Below are positions 34,976 through 46,642 of a stretch of DNA of 64,000 nt, piece after piece. The stretch spans positions 5,952,001-6,016,000 of the forward strand of contig JBHGNT010000022.1 of assembly GCA_043228905.1 (NCBI GenBank), read 5' to 3'. The notes under the pieces are model-generated. The model was not told the origin of the DNA. It ran no database searches and saw nothing but the letters and a program-made list of their open reading frames with translations. Every line of letters begins with the position of its first letter. Position 1 is the first letter of the stretch. The stretch is from Azolla caroliniana (taxonomy: Eukaryota; Plantae; Polypodiophyta). The translations under genes were made by a program, and so were the position numbers.

Positions 34976-35719
34976 TTCAGACGTCGTGGTCCATGGCTAT
35001 CTCTTCCTTGATCCGCAAGCCTCGACCAAGCTTGCTACCTCCTCGTAGAATGTTTCGGGCAATCGCATTCTGAAACTTACGCCCACTCTCGAAGTGGTGT
35101 TCATTGCTCCGGAGTTCCCGGCCTTATCCGTGGCCGTCCTTTTCCCGCAAAACGAGAGGGTGTTTTGTTCTGCACCCTCTCCCATGTCACTGTCGTACGT
35201 TCTTCCGGCCTCCATATAGGCCTCGTTGTCCACGCATAGGGAGGCTTCTTCCTCTGCATCCTCCGATTGTCTCCGGCCCGTCTCCATAGTAGACCCTTCT
35301 TCGGCTTTGATTTGTGCCTTCACGATCTCGTACGCCTCCTGTACCAAGGCTTCGATGTCGAGTTCCACCGAACCATTCCGCAGTGAGCTTTCCTCTGTCG
35401 GCGGTGACGCATAGTCACTCACCATCCTCCTTTCGCCCCCGCTTGCAGGCCATGTTGCGGACGACCGCATCTCCTCGTGTCGTCGGCATACCCTCTCTAC
35501 CTCGTTCCAATCCTTGGTGAGGCTATACGCCCCTTCATCTTCTTCGAGTTCGGATAAAATGGCCATTCTCCCCTTTTCATCGACCAACTTTAAAAATAGT
35601 AGGATCTTCGATCCCGATCCGAGAGTTGAGCAAAACGATGCTCGAACTCTCGGAATGCTTTCATTGCGCTCCGAGGAGCCTTCATTGATCCTACCCATAG
35701 ACTGAACTTGCGTCCATCA

Positions 35720-38700
35720 TGTTACACTTGCGTGTTCCTCTAGTAGCTTTGATGTGAACCATTTTCCCTATACATGGGCACTTTTTACTCTAGTGCTGGC
35801 TAGAGGTTTTTTCCCATGTTACCACATACATGAGTCACTCATATGTGGTGGTACTTAGTACTTAGGGATATATATTTCAGCTCCTATTTTTTTTAGGAAC
35901 ATTCATCAATAGAGAGCTATTCCAGCCATTGCCTTCCTTGTGTGAGTGCTTCTTTCTTTGAGCTTCTTGTGTGTTTCCCACTCTTCCTCACATACCCAAC
36001 AGTGGTATCAGAGCCAAGTTCTTCATCCTCTCCATCTTCGGTTGTCCGCATCGCGGTGTCGCGGCGCGCGCGCACTTTTCATTGTGCAAATCAACTTCCG
36101 AATATAGAGAAGTGTATTTCAGCACTTGGAGCGCATTTTCAGCAGGTACCCTGCTGTTTTACCCCCATTTCGAAGCCGTTCGTGTAGTCGAAATCGTCAT
36201 CCGAGTGATAGTTTGTGAGCTGCATTTTCAGCACTCATTTCCGATTTGTTGAGGTAATATTTTACCACTTTCTTGTTCTTTGGTAAAATGGCAAACAATG
36301 GTGATTTGTTTGGCATGCTTCAAGCTGAAGATAAGCTTGATGGGACAAACTATCCAATGTGGTCCTACATGATGAAACACGTTCTTGTTGCCAAACAACT
36401 ATGGAACATAGTGGTAGATGTAGATCGACGCCCCGCCGGTCCTACTACTTCACAGTCTACTATCACAGATACAGGTTCATCTTCGAGCACAGTGACTTCA
36501 TCTACTCCACCAACACAAGAGCAACTTAGATGGGATGGAAAAGATGCTCAAGCTCATGCATTGATTGCACTTTCTGTGAAGCGTCATATAGTTCCACATA
36601 TTCGGTCATGCTCTACGTCCAAACAAGCATGGGACACTCTTGCTTCGTTGTATGCCGTGCGTAACGAAGCACGTGTTGCATATTTGAGAAAGCAACTTGA
36701 GGATGTATATATGGCTGAAAATGAGTCGGTAGATGTGTATGTGACACGCATTAAAGATTTGAAAGAGCAATTGGCAAACATTGATGAGATCATTTCGAAT
36801 ACATCACTTGTCTCTACGTTGTTGAAAGGATTACCCGAATCTTTTCAAAGCTTTGCTACTACTATTCGTTTGGTTGCAAAAGGGAATACGGATATGTACG
36901 CATTTGATGAGGTTGTGTCTCTTCTTTTGCAAGAAGAACAATCTAGAGTGAATAGAAGTGGTTTGATAGAGGGAACACAAGCACTTGCTATCTCACAAAA
37001 AGGAAAAGGCAAGCATGGTTCAGCTTTTGGTTCTTCAAAACCAAAGCCTCAACCTCCCTCTTTCACTTATTCCTCTAATGATGGTGATTTGCAAAAGAAG
37101 AAAAGATGCAAATATTGTCGAAAGGTTGGCCATACGATTGAAGAATGTAGAAAGCTTGTTAAGCGCAATGAGAAGAAGAAGGAATCCGGCATGACCATTT
37201 CTGAAAATGTTTCAAGTGCAAAGAGTGATGAGGCCAACATGGCTCAAGATTATTGGGCATGTGTTGTTACATATCATTATGATGCATCATTGCACTCTAA
37301 ATGTATGGTTGTAAGTGAGATTGATTCGGATTGGTTCTTTGATAGTGGTGCTTCAAAGCACATTACTTCATGCAAAAGTTTTTTTGCATCCTTGAAAGAT
37401 GCACCCAAAGGTGGACATGTGGTGTGTGCAAACAATGCCTCTTATCCTATCATTGGAGTAGGAGAAATTGAGCTTTCGGCTGCAAATGGAGGTGTTGTCA
37501 TCTTAAAGAATGTATTGTATGTGCCCGGTATCAAGAAGAACTTAATTTCGGTTCCTTTGATTGCCAAAGCCGGACTTCATGTACATTTTGTTGATGATAA
37601 GTGCATGGTTCACGATTATAGCAATGGTGATGTTATCGTGATGTCCGGTACATTATGCAATGGCTTGTACCGTTTAGATACATACAAGAGGGCTTCTCTA
37701 AATGCCTTGGCTGTACATACTTCTTCCATGGCTGAAATGGAGCTTTGGCATGCTCGTTTTGGTCACTTGAACTTCAATAGTTTGCTTCACTTGCAAAAGA
37801 AGGATATGGTTATTGGGTTGCCTACACTTGAGTCCATTGAAAAACATGCATGTGAAGGTTGCATTCTTGGAAAAATGCATCGTGCTTCTTTTCCAAAAGA
37901 TAGTCATACACACACTACAAGAAAATTACAACTTGTTCATAGTGATGTGTGTGGTCCTGTAAAAACTCCATCTTTTGGAAAGCATGTATATTTTGTTACC
38001 TTCATTGATGATGCTACTCGTCATACATGGGTGTATCCTATGAAAGCAAAGAATGAAGTCTTTTCTTGCTTCAAATCATTTTTAGCTATGGCTGAAAATT
38101 TTTCCGCAAATAAGCTCTTGACTCTACGCACGGATCGTGGTGGCGAATATATGTCACATGAGTTTAATGCTTTTCTTTGTGAAAGAGGTATTTTACATCA
38201 ATGTACGGTGCCATATACACCTCAACAAAATGGTGTTGCAGAACGCAAAAATAGAACACTCTTAGAGATGGCACGATGTATGGTTAAAGGAAAGCATCTT
38301 CCTAACAAGTTTTGGATGGAAGCGGTTATGTGTGCAAATTATGTGTTGAATCGTTGCCCTACAAAAGCGTTGAGAGTCATTACGCCATATGAGGCTTGGA
38401 ATGGACATAAACCTATGGTTAGTCATATGCGTGTGTTCGGTTGTTTGGCATATGCTCTTGTGCCATCACAACAACGTCACAAACTTGATGACAAGGCAAA
38501 GAAATGCATATTTGTTGGTTATAGTGCGGAAAGTAAGGGATATCGTTTGTATCATCCATTGACGGACACAATTATTGTGAGTCGAGATGTGGTATTTGCT
38601 GAAAATTCAGCTTTCCCTTTTCTTGAATGCAAAAAACAACCAACAGTTAGCTCACAAGATGTGTTTGATACACTCATGCCTTTGTTCCAAAGTGCTGCGC

Positions 38701-40888
38701 TTGACCATGGACATGTAGACCAGCCAAGTGAGTCTCAAAGGGATAAAAATTTCCAGCAAATAAGTGTTGAAAATGCACGAAATGTCCAACCAAATGTGGC
38801 TGAAAATGAGCATGAAATTCAGCCCACGCATGATGTACATATTGAAGATGCATTACATAATGAACGTATGGCTATCGAGAGGTCACAAACTATGCCGAGG
38901 TGGCTGAAACAAACTTTGCAAGATAGCAAATTGAGTGCACCTTTACTTGGTAAAACAAGATCAAGCTCTCGCCATGCATCAGGTAATTTTGTGGATTATT
39001 CTATTGTTGCAATAGCATGTAATGAGGAGCCACTTACTTTTGAAGATGCATGTGATGATCCACATTGGATGAGTGCTATGCAATCAGAAATGGATTCCAT
39101 TCATAAAAATGGTACTTGGGAGTTATGTGAATTGCCAAAAGGAAAGAATGTGATTGGTACTAGGTGGGTTTACAAGATTAAACGAAAGCCCGATGGTAGT
39201 ATTGATCGCTACAAAGCTAGATTGGTTGCCAAAGGATATGCCCAACAATATGGCATTGATTATGAGGAAACTTTTGCACCTACTTCACGCATGACTACCA
39301 TTCGTACCGTGGTTGCATTGGCTGCCCAAAGAGGTTGGAAAATGCATCAATTGGACATAAAAACAGCCTTTTTAAATGGTGATTTGCAAGAAGAGGTTTA
39401 TGTGAAGCAACCTCCTGGATTTGCTACGAAAGAGAAAGAGCATATGGTTTGTCGCTTGCATAAGGCCTTGTATGGTCTCAAGCAAGCTCCGCGTGCATGG
39501 TATGAAAAAATCCATAAGCACTTGATTTCTCTTGGCTTCACATGTAGTCCGATTGAAAGCACACTTTATGTACGCAAAGATGGGGCTGATCTTCTAGTGC
39601 TCGTTCTTTATGTTGATGACATACTCTTGACTGGGTCATGTGATGCAAAACTCGATTTTCTTATGGCTGATTTGCAGCATACTTTTGAAGTCACTTATCT
39701 TGGTCTTTTGAGCTACTATCTTGGCATCCAGTTTGTATCCGTTGAGGGGGGAATGTTTATGCATCAAGGAAAGTATGTTGAAAAACTACTTCAGCGTTTT
39801 GACTTTGAGGATTGCAAGCCGGTTTATACACCTGTGGAGACAGGATTTAGGTTCTCTGTTGAGGATTCTAGTGATGCGTTTGATACTTCTCTTTATCAAC
39901 AAGCTGTGGGATGTCTTATATATGCATGCAATACAAGGCCGGATATACAGTATGCAGTCTCCCAATTGAGTCGATTCATGCATAGCCCTGGCACTAAGCA
40001 TTGGCAAGCAGTGAAACGTGTGTTCAGATATCTTAGAGGCACTTTGAGCTTGGGTCTCTTTTATGGCAGAGATACTCAGCCATGCTTGCATGCTTTTACA
40101 GATAGTGATTGGGCTGGTTGTTATGATACTCGCGTGTCCACTAGTGGTAATTGCTTTTTCTTTGGAAACTCATGTATATCTTGGTTGAGTAAAAAGCAAC
40201 CTACAGTGGCGACATCAAGTTGTGAAGCTGAGTACAGGGCAGTTTTCACAGCTACAGTGGAGTGTATATGGCTAAGACGCCTTTTGATGGATCTTTGCAT
40301 GGAGATTGAAGTTGCTACACGTATTCTCACAGATAGTCAGAGTGCATTGGCTGTTGCACGAAATCCTGTATTTCATGCACGGACCAAACACATTGAGGTG
40401 CATTATCACTATGTGAGAGAGCGCTTTCATGCAGGAGATATTGATTTGGTATATGTGCCTACACAAGATAACGTGGCAGACATATTCACCAAAGCTCTTC
40501 CACGAGAAAAGTTTGAAGCTTTTCGCAAAGCTTTAGGCTTATTGCCTTGTGGGGGCTGATCTGTCACTCCTTGTACATGTTCACATCATTCGCTCCAGGG
40601 GGGTTTGTTACACTTGCGTGTTCCTCTAGTAGCTTTGATGTGAACCATTTTCCCTATACATGGGCACTTTTTACTCTAGTGCTGGCTAGAGGTTTTTTCC
40701 CCATGTTACCACATACATGAGTCACTCATATGTGGTGGTACTTAGTACTTAGGGATATATATTTCAGCTCCTATTTTTTTTAGGAACATTCATCAATAGA
40801 GAGCTATTCCAGCCATTGCCTTCCTTGTGTGAGTGCTTCTTTCTTTGAGCTTCTTGTGTGTTTCCCACTCTTCCTCACATACCCAACA
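35720..40888 (+). mobile_element. Intact AT-rich Ty1/copia element D
   Basis: LTRs 35720-36001 and 40606-40888 differ only by a 1-bp C-run indel; TSD catca; PBS tggtatcagagcc at 36003; PPT agggggg. Confidence 0.97.
36288..40559 (+). CDS. Intact copia gag-pol polyprotein (1423 aa)
   Basis: CKYCRKVGHTIEEC, WFFDSGAS, LWHARFGH, TDRGGEY, LYVDDIL, FTDSDWAG, ADIFTKAL. Confidence 0.96.
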   Translation: MANNGDLFGMLQAEDKLDGTNYPMWSYMMKHVLVAKQLWNIVVDVDRRPAGPTTSQSTITDTGSSSSTVTSSTPPTQEQLRWDGKDAQAHALIALSVKRHIVPHIRSCSTSKQAWDTLASLYAVRNEARVAYLRKQLEDVYMAENESVDVYVTRIKDLKEQLANIDEIISNTSLVSTLLKGLPESFQSFATTIRLVAKGNTDMYAFDEVVSLLLQEEQSRVNRSGLIEGTQALAISQKGKGKHGSAFGSSKPKPQPPSFTYSSNDGDLQKKKRCKYCRKVGHTIEECRKLVKRNEKKKESGMTISENVSSAKSDEANMAQDYWACVVTYHYDASLHSKCMVVSEIDSDWFFDSGASKHITSCKSFFASLKDAPKGGHVVCANNASYPIIGVGEIELSAANGGVVILKNVLYVPGIKKNLISVPLIAKAGLHVHFVDDKCMVHDYSNGDVIVMSGTLCNGLYRLDTYKRASLNALAVHTSSMAEMELWHARFGHLNFNSLLHLQKKDMVIGLPTLESIEKHACEGCILGKMHRASFPKDSHTHTTRKLQLVHSDVCGPVKTPSFGKHVYFVTFIDDATRHTWVYPMKAKNEVFSCFKSFLAMAENFSANKLLTLRTDRGGEYMSHEFNAFLCERGILHQCTVPYTPQQNGVAERKNRTLLEMARCMVKGKHLPNKFWMEAVMCANYVLNRCPTKALRVITPYEAWNGHKPMVSHMRVFGCLAYALVPSQQRHKLDDKAKKCIFVGYSAESKGYRLYHPLTDTIIVSRDVVFAENSAFPFLECKKQPTVSSQDVFDTLMPLFQSAALDHGHVDQPSESQRDKNFQQISVENARNVQPNVAENEHEIQPTHDVHIEDALHNERMAIERSQTMPRWLKQTLQDSKLSAPLLGKTRSSSRHASGNFVDYSIVAIACNEEPLTFEDACDDPHWMSAMQSEMDSIHKNGTWELCELPKGKNVIGTRWVYKIKRKPDGSIDRYKARLVAKGYAQQYGIDYEETFAPTSRMTTIRTVVALAAQRGWKMHQLDIKTAFLNGDLQEEVYVKQPPGFATKEKEHMVCRLHKALYGLKQAPRAWYEKIHKHLISLGFTCSPIESTLYVRKDGADLLVLVLYVDDILLTGSCDAKLDFLMADLQHTFEVTYLGLLSYYLGIQFVSVEGGMFMHQGKYVEKLLQRFDFEDCKPVYTPVETGFRFSVEDSSDAFDTSLYQQAVGCLIYACNTRPDIQYAVSQLSRFMHSPGTKHWQAVKRVFRYLRGTLSLGLFYGRDTQPCLHAFTDSDWAGCYDTRVSTSGNCFFFGNSCISWLSKKQPTVATSSCEAEYRAVFTATVECIWLRRLLMDLCMEIEVATRILTDSQSALAVARNPVFHARTKHIEVHYHYVRERFHAGDIDLVYVPTQDNVADIFTKALPREKFEAFRKALGLLPCGG

Positions 40889-41168
40889 CATCATACTCGT
40901 ATGCCTCTTCCCGTCTTTCTCTTTGCCTTGCAAAATCCACCGATCTTCGATCCCGGTCCGAGAGTTGAGCAAAACGATGCTCGAACTCTCGGAATGCTTT
41001 CATTGCGCTCCGAGGAGCTTTCACTGATGCTACCCATAGACTGAACTCGCGTCCATCATACTCGTATGCCTCTTCCCGTCTTTCTCTTTGCCTTGCAAAA
41101 TCTCTCACCATCCTTGCCATTACTTCCGTGATGTCTTCCTCTTCCATCCTCTTTCTCCCTTGCCTCCT

Positions 41169-41187
41169 ATTCACGTCGGGTTCACCA
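41169..41187 (-). promoter_or_regulatory. Primer-binding site complementary to the tRNA-Trp 3' end
   Basis: Plus strand attcacgtcgggttcacca equals the recalled 3' end of plant cytosolic tRNA-Trp(CCA); it lies 4 nt from the LTR end. Confidence 0.85.
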
Positions 41188-42241
41188 AAGATGTCACGTA
41201 TTTCCGCGCGTGCATGTAGATAAGGCAGGACCATGGGGGTCTTGGACTAGGGAGTAGATGGGATGACGGGTATGAGAAAAGTGGAAGAGATTAACATGGT
41301 CGAGAAAATAGAAAGAGACAAGATTTATGAAGTTATGTATATTATGGGCATGAAAGCCGCAATGCGATTACAACCGTGACCACGTGGGCCGGACTCAAAA
41401 CATAAGTAGAATGTAAACCCTAATCCCATAAGTAGAGAAAGAGATGAAGAAACCCTAGGAGAAACTCTAAACCGAATAGAAACCCTCGACCTAAGTGGTA
41501 TACCTCTTCTCACTCAAAATAGGCAACCCCCTCAATGGTGCCCCTTCCTCTCCTTTTATAGCATAAGGAGAGGAAGCCGTTACAAAAAAAGAGACTAAAT
41601 ATCCCCTTCATTCAATGGGGGATATTTGCTTAGATTCTTGGAGGAGGGATTGATGGGGCCTTAACTCCCACTCCTCAGACATACTACTATGCCCATTACT
41701 CACCTCGTACTCCTATGTACCCCTCTCGTTCTCATGTGGATGTGCTCATAAGTGCACATCACATTTAAACTTTAGGAATCTTGTGGTGTATTTCTTACAA
41801 TTTACATTTGTTCTTATTAATATTTTACAAATACATCATGTGCGTGTGCAACGTTGCACACCCCGGTTTTGCTCACTCCGCTCGGATTTCCCCCTATGGA
41901 CGAAAATCTTCAGGACAACGTACCATTCAATAACAAGTGAGGTACTGACGTACGCAGTATGCCTCTCTATCCCTTGTAACGCAACCCCTTGACGCGTACC
42001 CCGAAGAACTGTGGGTAGACAGTGTTGTCGACAATACACTGACAACACTTTTGGCACGCTTGGTGATCTGTGATTTCTCGCAGACCAGCAACAAGGGATG
42101 AATGTCTATCCGTAGAAGAACCAGACAATCGACCCGGCAAGATCGACCACCAATGAGGTCCATCACACGCCAGACAGAAGAGCGCGCGAAGCAAAAACCC
42201 TAGGACTACAAGGTTGACCCCACGCTCACCGAACCATGTGA

Positions 42242-43139
42242 TGTTGTGATGTTTTCGACACATAGTGCGAAACAACCCTCAAAAGAGAATAAAGTAGTGG
42301 TCCAAATAAACTAATATTGCAAAGTCAACTTTTGTAATAAATGATGAGAAGATAATAAGGTAGAAGCGGTTTTTCAAAAGTAGATAAAAATAGAAAAAGT
42401 AAGAGAAAATAAAAACGCAAGGCGTGGAATTGAGGAGCATGGTAGAGAAAAAACCTCATAATTTCCTCATCCGATGTCTAAATTAGACAAGAAAAGATCC
42501 ATAAGAAAGCTAACTCAAAGGGCTTTCCAAAAATAACTTATGTCTAATTTGGACTTACAAAAATAAAATAATGATAGAAATAAAACGCGACTCATATAGA
42601 CAAGCTTTTGTTTAGGAGAATAATAAAGCAAGCCATAGAAACCCTATAAATAAGTGCTATTCTTAAGAAGGAGAGGGGGAGATGGATAGGGATTTGAAGA
42701 AGAAAAGATTTATGTTTCCTCTCTTATACTCTTAACCCTAAAGGGGGATATAAAAAAATCATGTATTAAAATAAGTCCATTATATGGATGATTTAGTAAT
42801 AAAAACAGTCTATGTTTCCTCTCTCATACTCTCTTAATTTAAGTTTTTCTTATGTATAGATATAATTTAGTGCTATTCAAACTCTCTTACTCTAAGAGTT
42901 CTTACACATAATCATAATTAATCCTTATTCGATATTGCATACTCTCTTACTCGAAGATTTGTTTATGCATTAATATAATTAAGTATTATTCAATTTCTCA
43001 TACTATCTTACTCTTTTTTGAGGGAAATATCTCGTCTTAGAACCTAAAGTGCATAAATCATTCAGCCCTAAATCCTGCTGGTCGAGAACCCTGGCGGTTC
43101 CGCCTCACGATCCGCACTAGCTGGCGGATTTTCACCACA
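42242..43139 (+). repeat. Probable unrelated solo LTR (898 bp) in the 5' region of F
   Basis: Inverted ends tgttgtga/tcaccaca, flanks gtga/gcga, abrupt AT-rich composition, TATA (ctataaataag) at ~42645, internal degenerate ~55-60-bp repeats at 42840-43015. Confidence 0.65.
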
Positions 43140-46100
43140 GCGACGCCAAGCAGAAAGCTCTGTCACCACACGGAAGATGTGGTATTCCCCTGCTGACCGC
43201 CACCTTAGTGTCTGGGATGGCTTTCTCCTACCCTCGATTCAACGGCGAAACAGACGCCGTGAGCCACATCCGGCTATTCCTCAATGTTTGGAATGCCAAT
43301 CACATGGCGCAACGGTTTCCAGAAGCTGAAGTTCACACCTCGAAGATAGCAGAGTTCAGATTGACTTGGATAGTCGAGCAACATATTGGCAGCACTCTGA
43401 GATGGACCTAGAAGCAATCACAACGTTCGATCAACTGCAATCAACATTCTTGCAGTTTTTTCATAGGAGGGTACCACAACGAGAAATCATCAGGCAATTC
43501 TATACAATCAAGCAGTCACCGACGGAATCCGTCGCAGATTTTAGTCTACGTTTCCAGAGCCTACGACGACAACTTAGGAGGCTAAGGAGTCGTTTTTGGT
43601 AGCCCTACAACAACCTATCAGGACGACCCTTAACACACATAGTGGGAAAGGGGAAACAACAGATATGGTTATCGAGTGAGCATTACAGCTCGAATTGGAA
43701 AAGGAAGCGGAAGGATTTTTCATGTCATCATTACGTCAAGCGTTGCCTCACGATTAGCAACATCGCTTCCGCCAAGCTATTCAATGTACAATCTGCTTAA
43801 ACTCAGGGCATTCCGCAGTGGAATGCAATATGCGAATGCATTGCCCAATTTGCCACTCAAAGGCACACACGTTGGAACAATGTGATTACAATATGCTTAA
43901 CAGACAGACACCCGTTGTACGGCGCATGGAACCACAGTGGCAATATCGCAGGAATGGTCAAGAACAACAGGAGGATCACTTTCCGTATGCGGACCGAAAT
44001 CAACGTGGAGAGCGCCCATTCCAAAATGGCCATAACAGCGACCCATATTCCGAGGAAGAAGATCGGGACGATGACGAATATAGGAATACTAATCGGTATA
44101 ATCAAGGGGGGCGTCGTTACAACAATTGCTGTTCGGCAAACAATCGTGGGGGATTCAACGGGCCTCGCTCACACGAAAACAACCGACAATATCGAGACAA
44201 ATGGTATTATGACGAGAGTTCTGAGGATGACCGGCGCCAGGAATCACGCCGGGACGAACGTCACCCACCCCGGAATAACAGGAGAATGTAGCAAAATTGG
44301 GAGGAGCAAGTTGCACTTGCGGATACGAATACACCGCCCAGTAGTGGAAAGAGGAGAGTCTGGCGTACATTGTTTTGTGTGCCAACAACCCGGACATTAC
44401 GCGAGACCATCGTGAATACAATCGCAGTAGAAGTACAATAGGTCACCACACGACAACAAGCAAAGAATGCGGACTAGGCTGAACAAGATGAGATACGCAA
44501 AGCAATCAAGGACTTGGTAGAAAAAGCAAATTTTTGCAAACGTGGAGTGTATGAAGCAGGAGTCTGCACGCACCAGTTTGCCAATAGAGGAGGACACAAC
44601 AACACTGGACTCCATATGGCAAGCATTGGCCGCTTGCGAGATAACAATGACCATGGAGAAGCTTCTCCGACTAGTACCACGATTTCACCAGGCGGTTGAA
44701 AATTGCATGACTGGCACACCTGGAGTAGATGTTTCGGCAAATTTTGCGGAGACTCGTATCGATCCAACAGTCGTTGATCATCACAATCTAGCCATTAAGC
44801 TGGTATTATAGGGACAAGAAATCACGGGATGTATCGTTGATGGTGGATTAGGTGTCAATGTCATTAGTACGACCACATGCGCATGATTGGGAATCACAGA
44901 CTAGGAAGTGTGCCCTTTTTGGCTACGCATGGCTGACACTCGTTCTGTCAGACAGTTAGGGTTGATTTGGAAATTAGGGGTTGTTGTTGGTGGCTATCGC
45001 TTCGAAATATCAGCGGTTGTACTCGCATTAGACACCCCGGGAGCATACCCAATATTGCTTGGCAAGCCGTGGTTACGCCCAGCCAACATAAAACAAAATT
45101 GGCAATATAATTGCATTAGTTTCCAGTGAGGACGGAGCAAAATCCGTAACCACCCAGAAACGGCACCACTCACCAAGGGCATAACACCATTATACGTGGA
45201 AGATATAAATATGCTAGAAGGAGTGGAGGATACGGAGCTGGAAGCGTACCTTGATGATCACCCACGGGTCGTCCCATTATTCGAAATTGACATAATAGAA
45301 ACTGCCGCGGAATATGCCCCCACTACGGCGCTTAAGCAGGAGGCATATGAGCTGGACCCATAATTGATCATGGAGTTAAGCAGAGCACATGCTATGTTCG
45401 AACGGGAAATGGAAATCTTGCGGCGTGTCACGACCTCAGCATTAGAAGTTAATGTCGGAACAACGGTGGATCCTCGATTACTCTCGATTGTGAAAGACTT
45501 ACTCCCAAGTCAGAAGGCGGCAATGATAGCACTGATCAAAGAATATAAGGATGTCTTTGCATGGTCCCACGAAGATATGAAAGGGTTGGACCCAAAGTTT
45601 TATCAACACAAGATCAACTTAGCCACCGACATGAAACCTGTACAACAACGGTGGTATCGAATGAATCCGAATTATGCAGCTTGTGTGAAAGAGGAAATTG
45701 ACAAACTTCTCAAGGTAGGATTTATCCAGCCGGTAAAGCAAGCTACGTGGCTAAGCCCCATAGTTGAAGTGCCAAAGAAAAATGGCAAAATCCGCGTTTG
45801 CGTAGATTATCACAAGTTAAATGTCGTGACAATCACAGATGCATTTCCCTTACCTTTTAGTGACAACGTACTAGATGCGGTCGCAGGCCATGAGATGTAC
45901 AGTTTTCTAGACGGCTTAAGTGGGTACAATCAAGTATGCGTGCATCCTGACGACCAAGAGAAGACTACATTTATCACAGACTGGGGGGTTTACATCGCAG
46001 TGCTCATGATGTTTGGGCTAAAAACGGCGCCAACAACTTTCCAGCGAACGATCACAAAGATTTTTGGGGAGTATATACCCGCCTTGATGCAAGTTTTCCT

Positions 46101-46642
46101 TGATGATTTTGCGGTATATGGAACAAGAGCCGAACATTTGGCCCATCGCCGACTCTGTTTGGAACATTGTCGTACTTCATGCCTAAGCTTGAACCCAGCA
46201 AAGTGCGCATTTGGCGTTACCAGTGGAGCCCTCCTTGGCCACATCGTAAGCAAGGAGGGGATAGTAGTGGATCCTAGAAAATTACAGTGATCATTGAAGC
46301 AAAAACTCCGGCTAATGCCAAAGCGCTCAGCTGTTTTTTGGGGCAAATACCCTAGCATACCCCGTTACACGTCACCGTGCATCGCACACCCTTCAAGTGG
46401 ACGACAACTGAAGAAAAAGTGTACGATGCACTCAAGATAATGTTAACTCAAGCACCAGTCGTACAACAACCAGATTGGGTGAAACCATTCCATGTCTTTG
46501 TGGATGCTTTAGATATAGCAATAGGCAACGCGTTGACGCAGCTCACGGAACCGAATTGGTATAGTGTTGTCTATTACGCTAGTCGTAGGCTATCTACTAC
46601 TGAACGAAATTACTCCACAACATAATGGGAGGCGTTGGGAAT

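Larger units (their letters stand above)
34997..41147 (-). pseudogene. Gag-like ORF of element C, interrupted by copia D
   Basis: MEEEDITEVMARM...FREFEHRFAQLSDRD.../KILLFLKLVDEKGRMAILSELEEDEG...DWNEVERVCRR starts just after the PBS; frameshift near 35605. Gag identity is inferred from position and helical character. Confidence 0.6.
25729..41917 (-). mobile_element. Non-autonomous gag-only LTR element C with tRNA-Trp PBS; hosts the chromovirus and copia D
   Basis: 5' LTR 41192-41917 (tgtcctgaag...cgtgaca); truncated 3' LTR 25729-26031; PPT-like tggtgggggcgga at 26032-26044; PBS 41169-41187. About 3 kb of internal DNA with a gag-like frame from ATG 41147 and no recognisable RT, RNase H or integrase. 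Confidence 0.8.

Noticed and set aside
41169-41187. tRNA-Trp gene
   Set aside because: Only the 3' 19 nt including CCA are present, next to an LTR end; it is a PBS.
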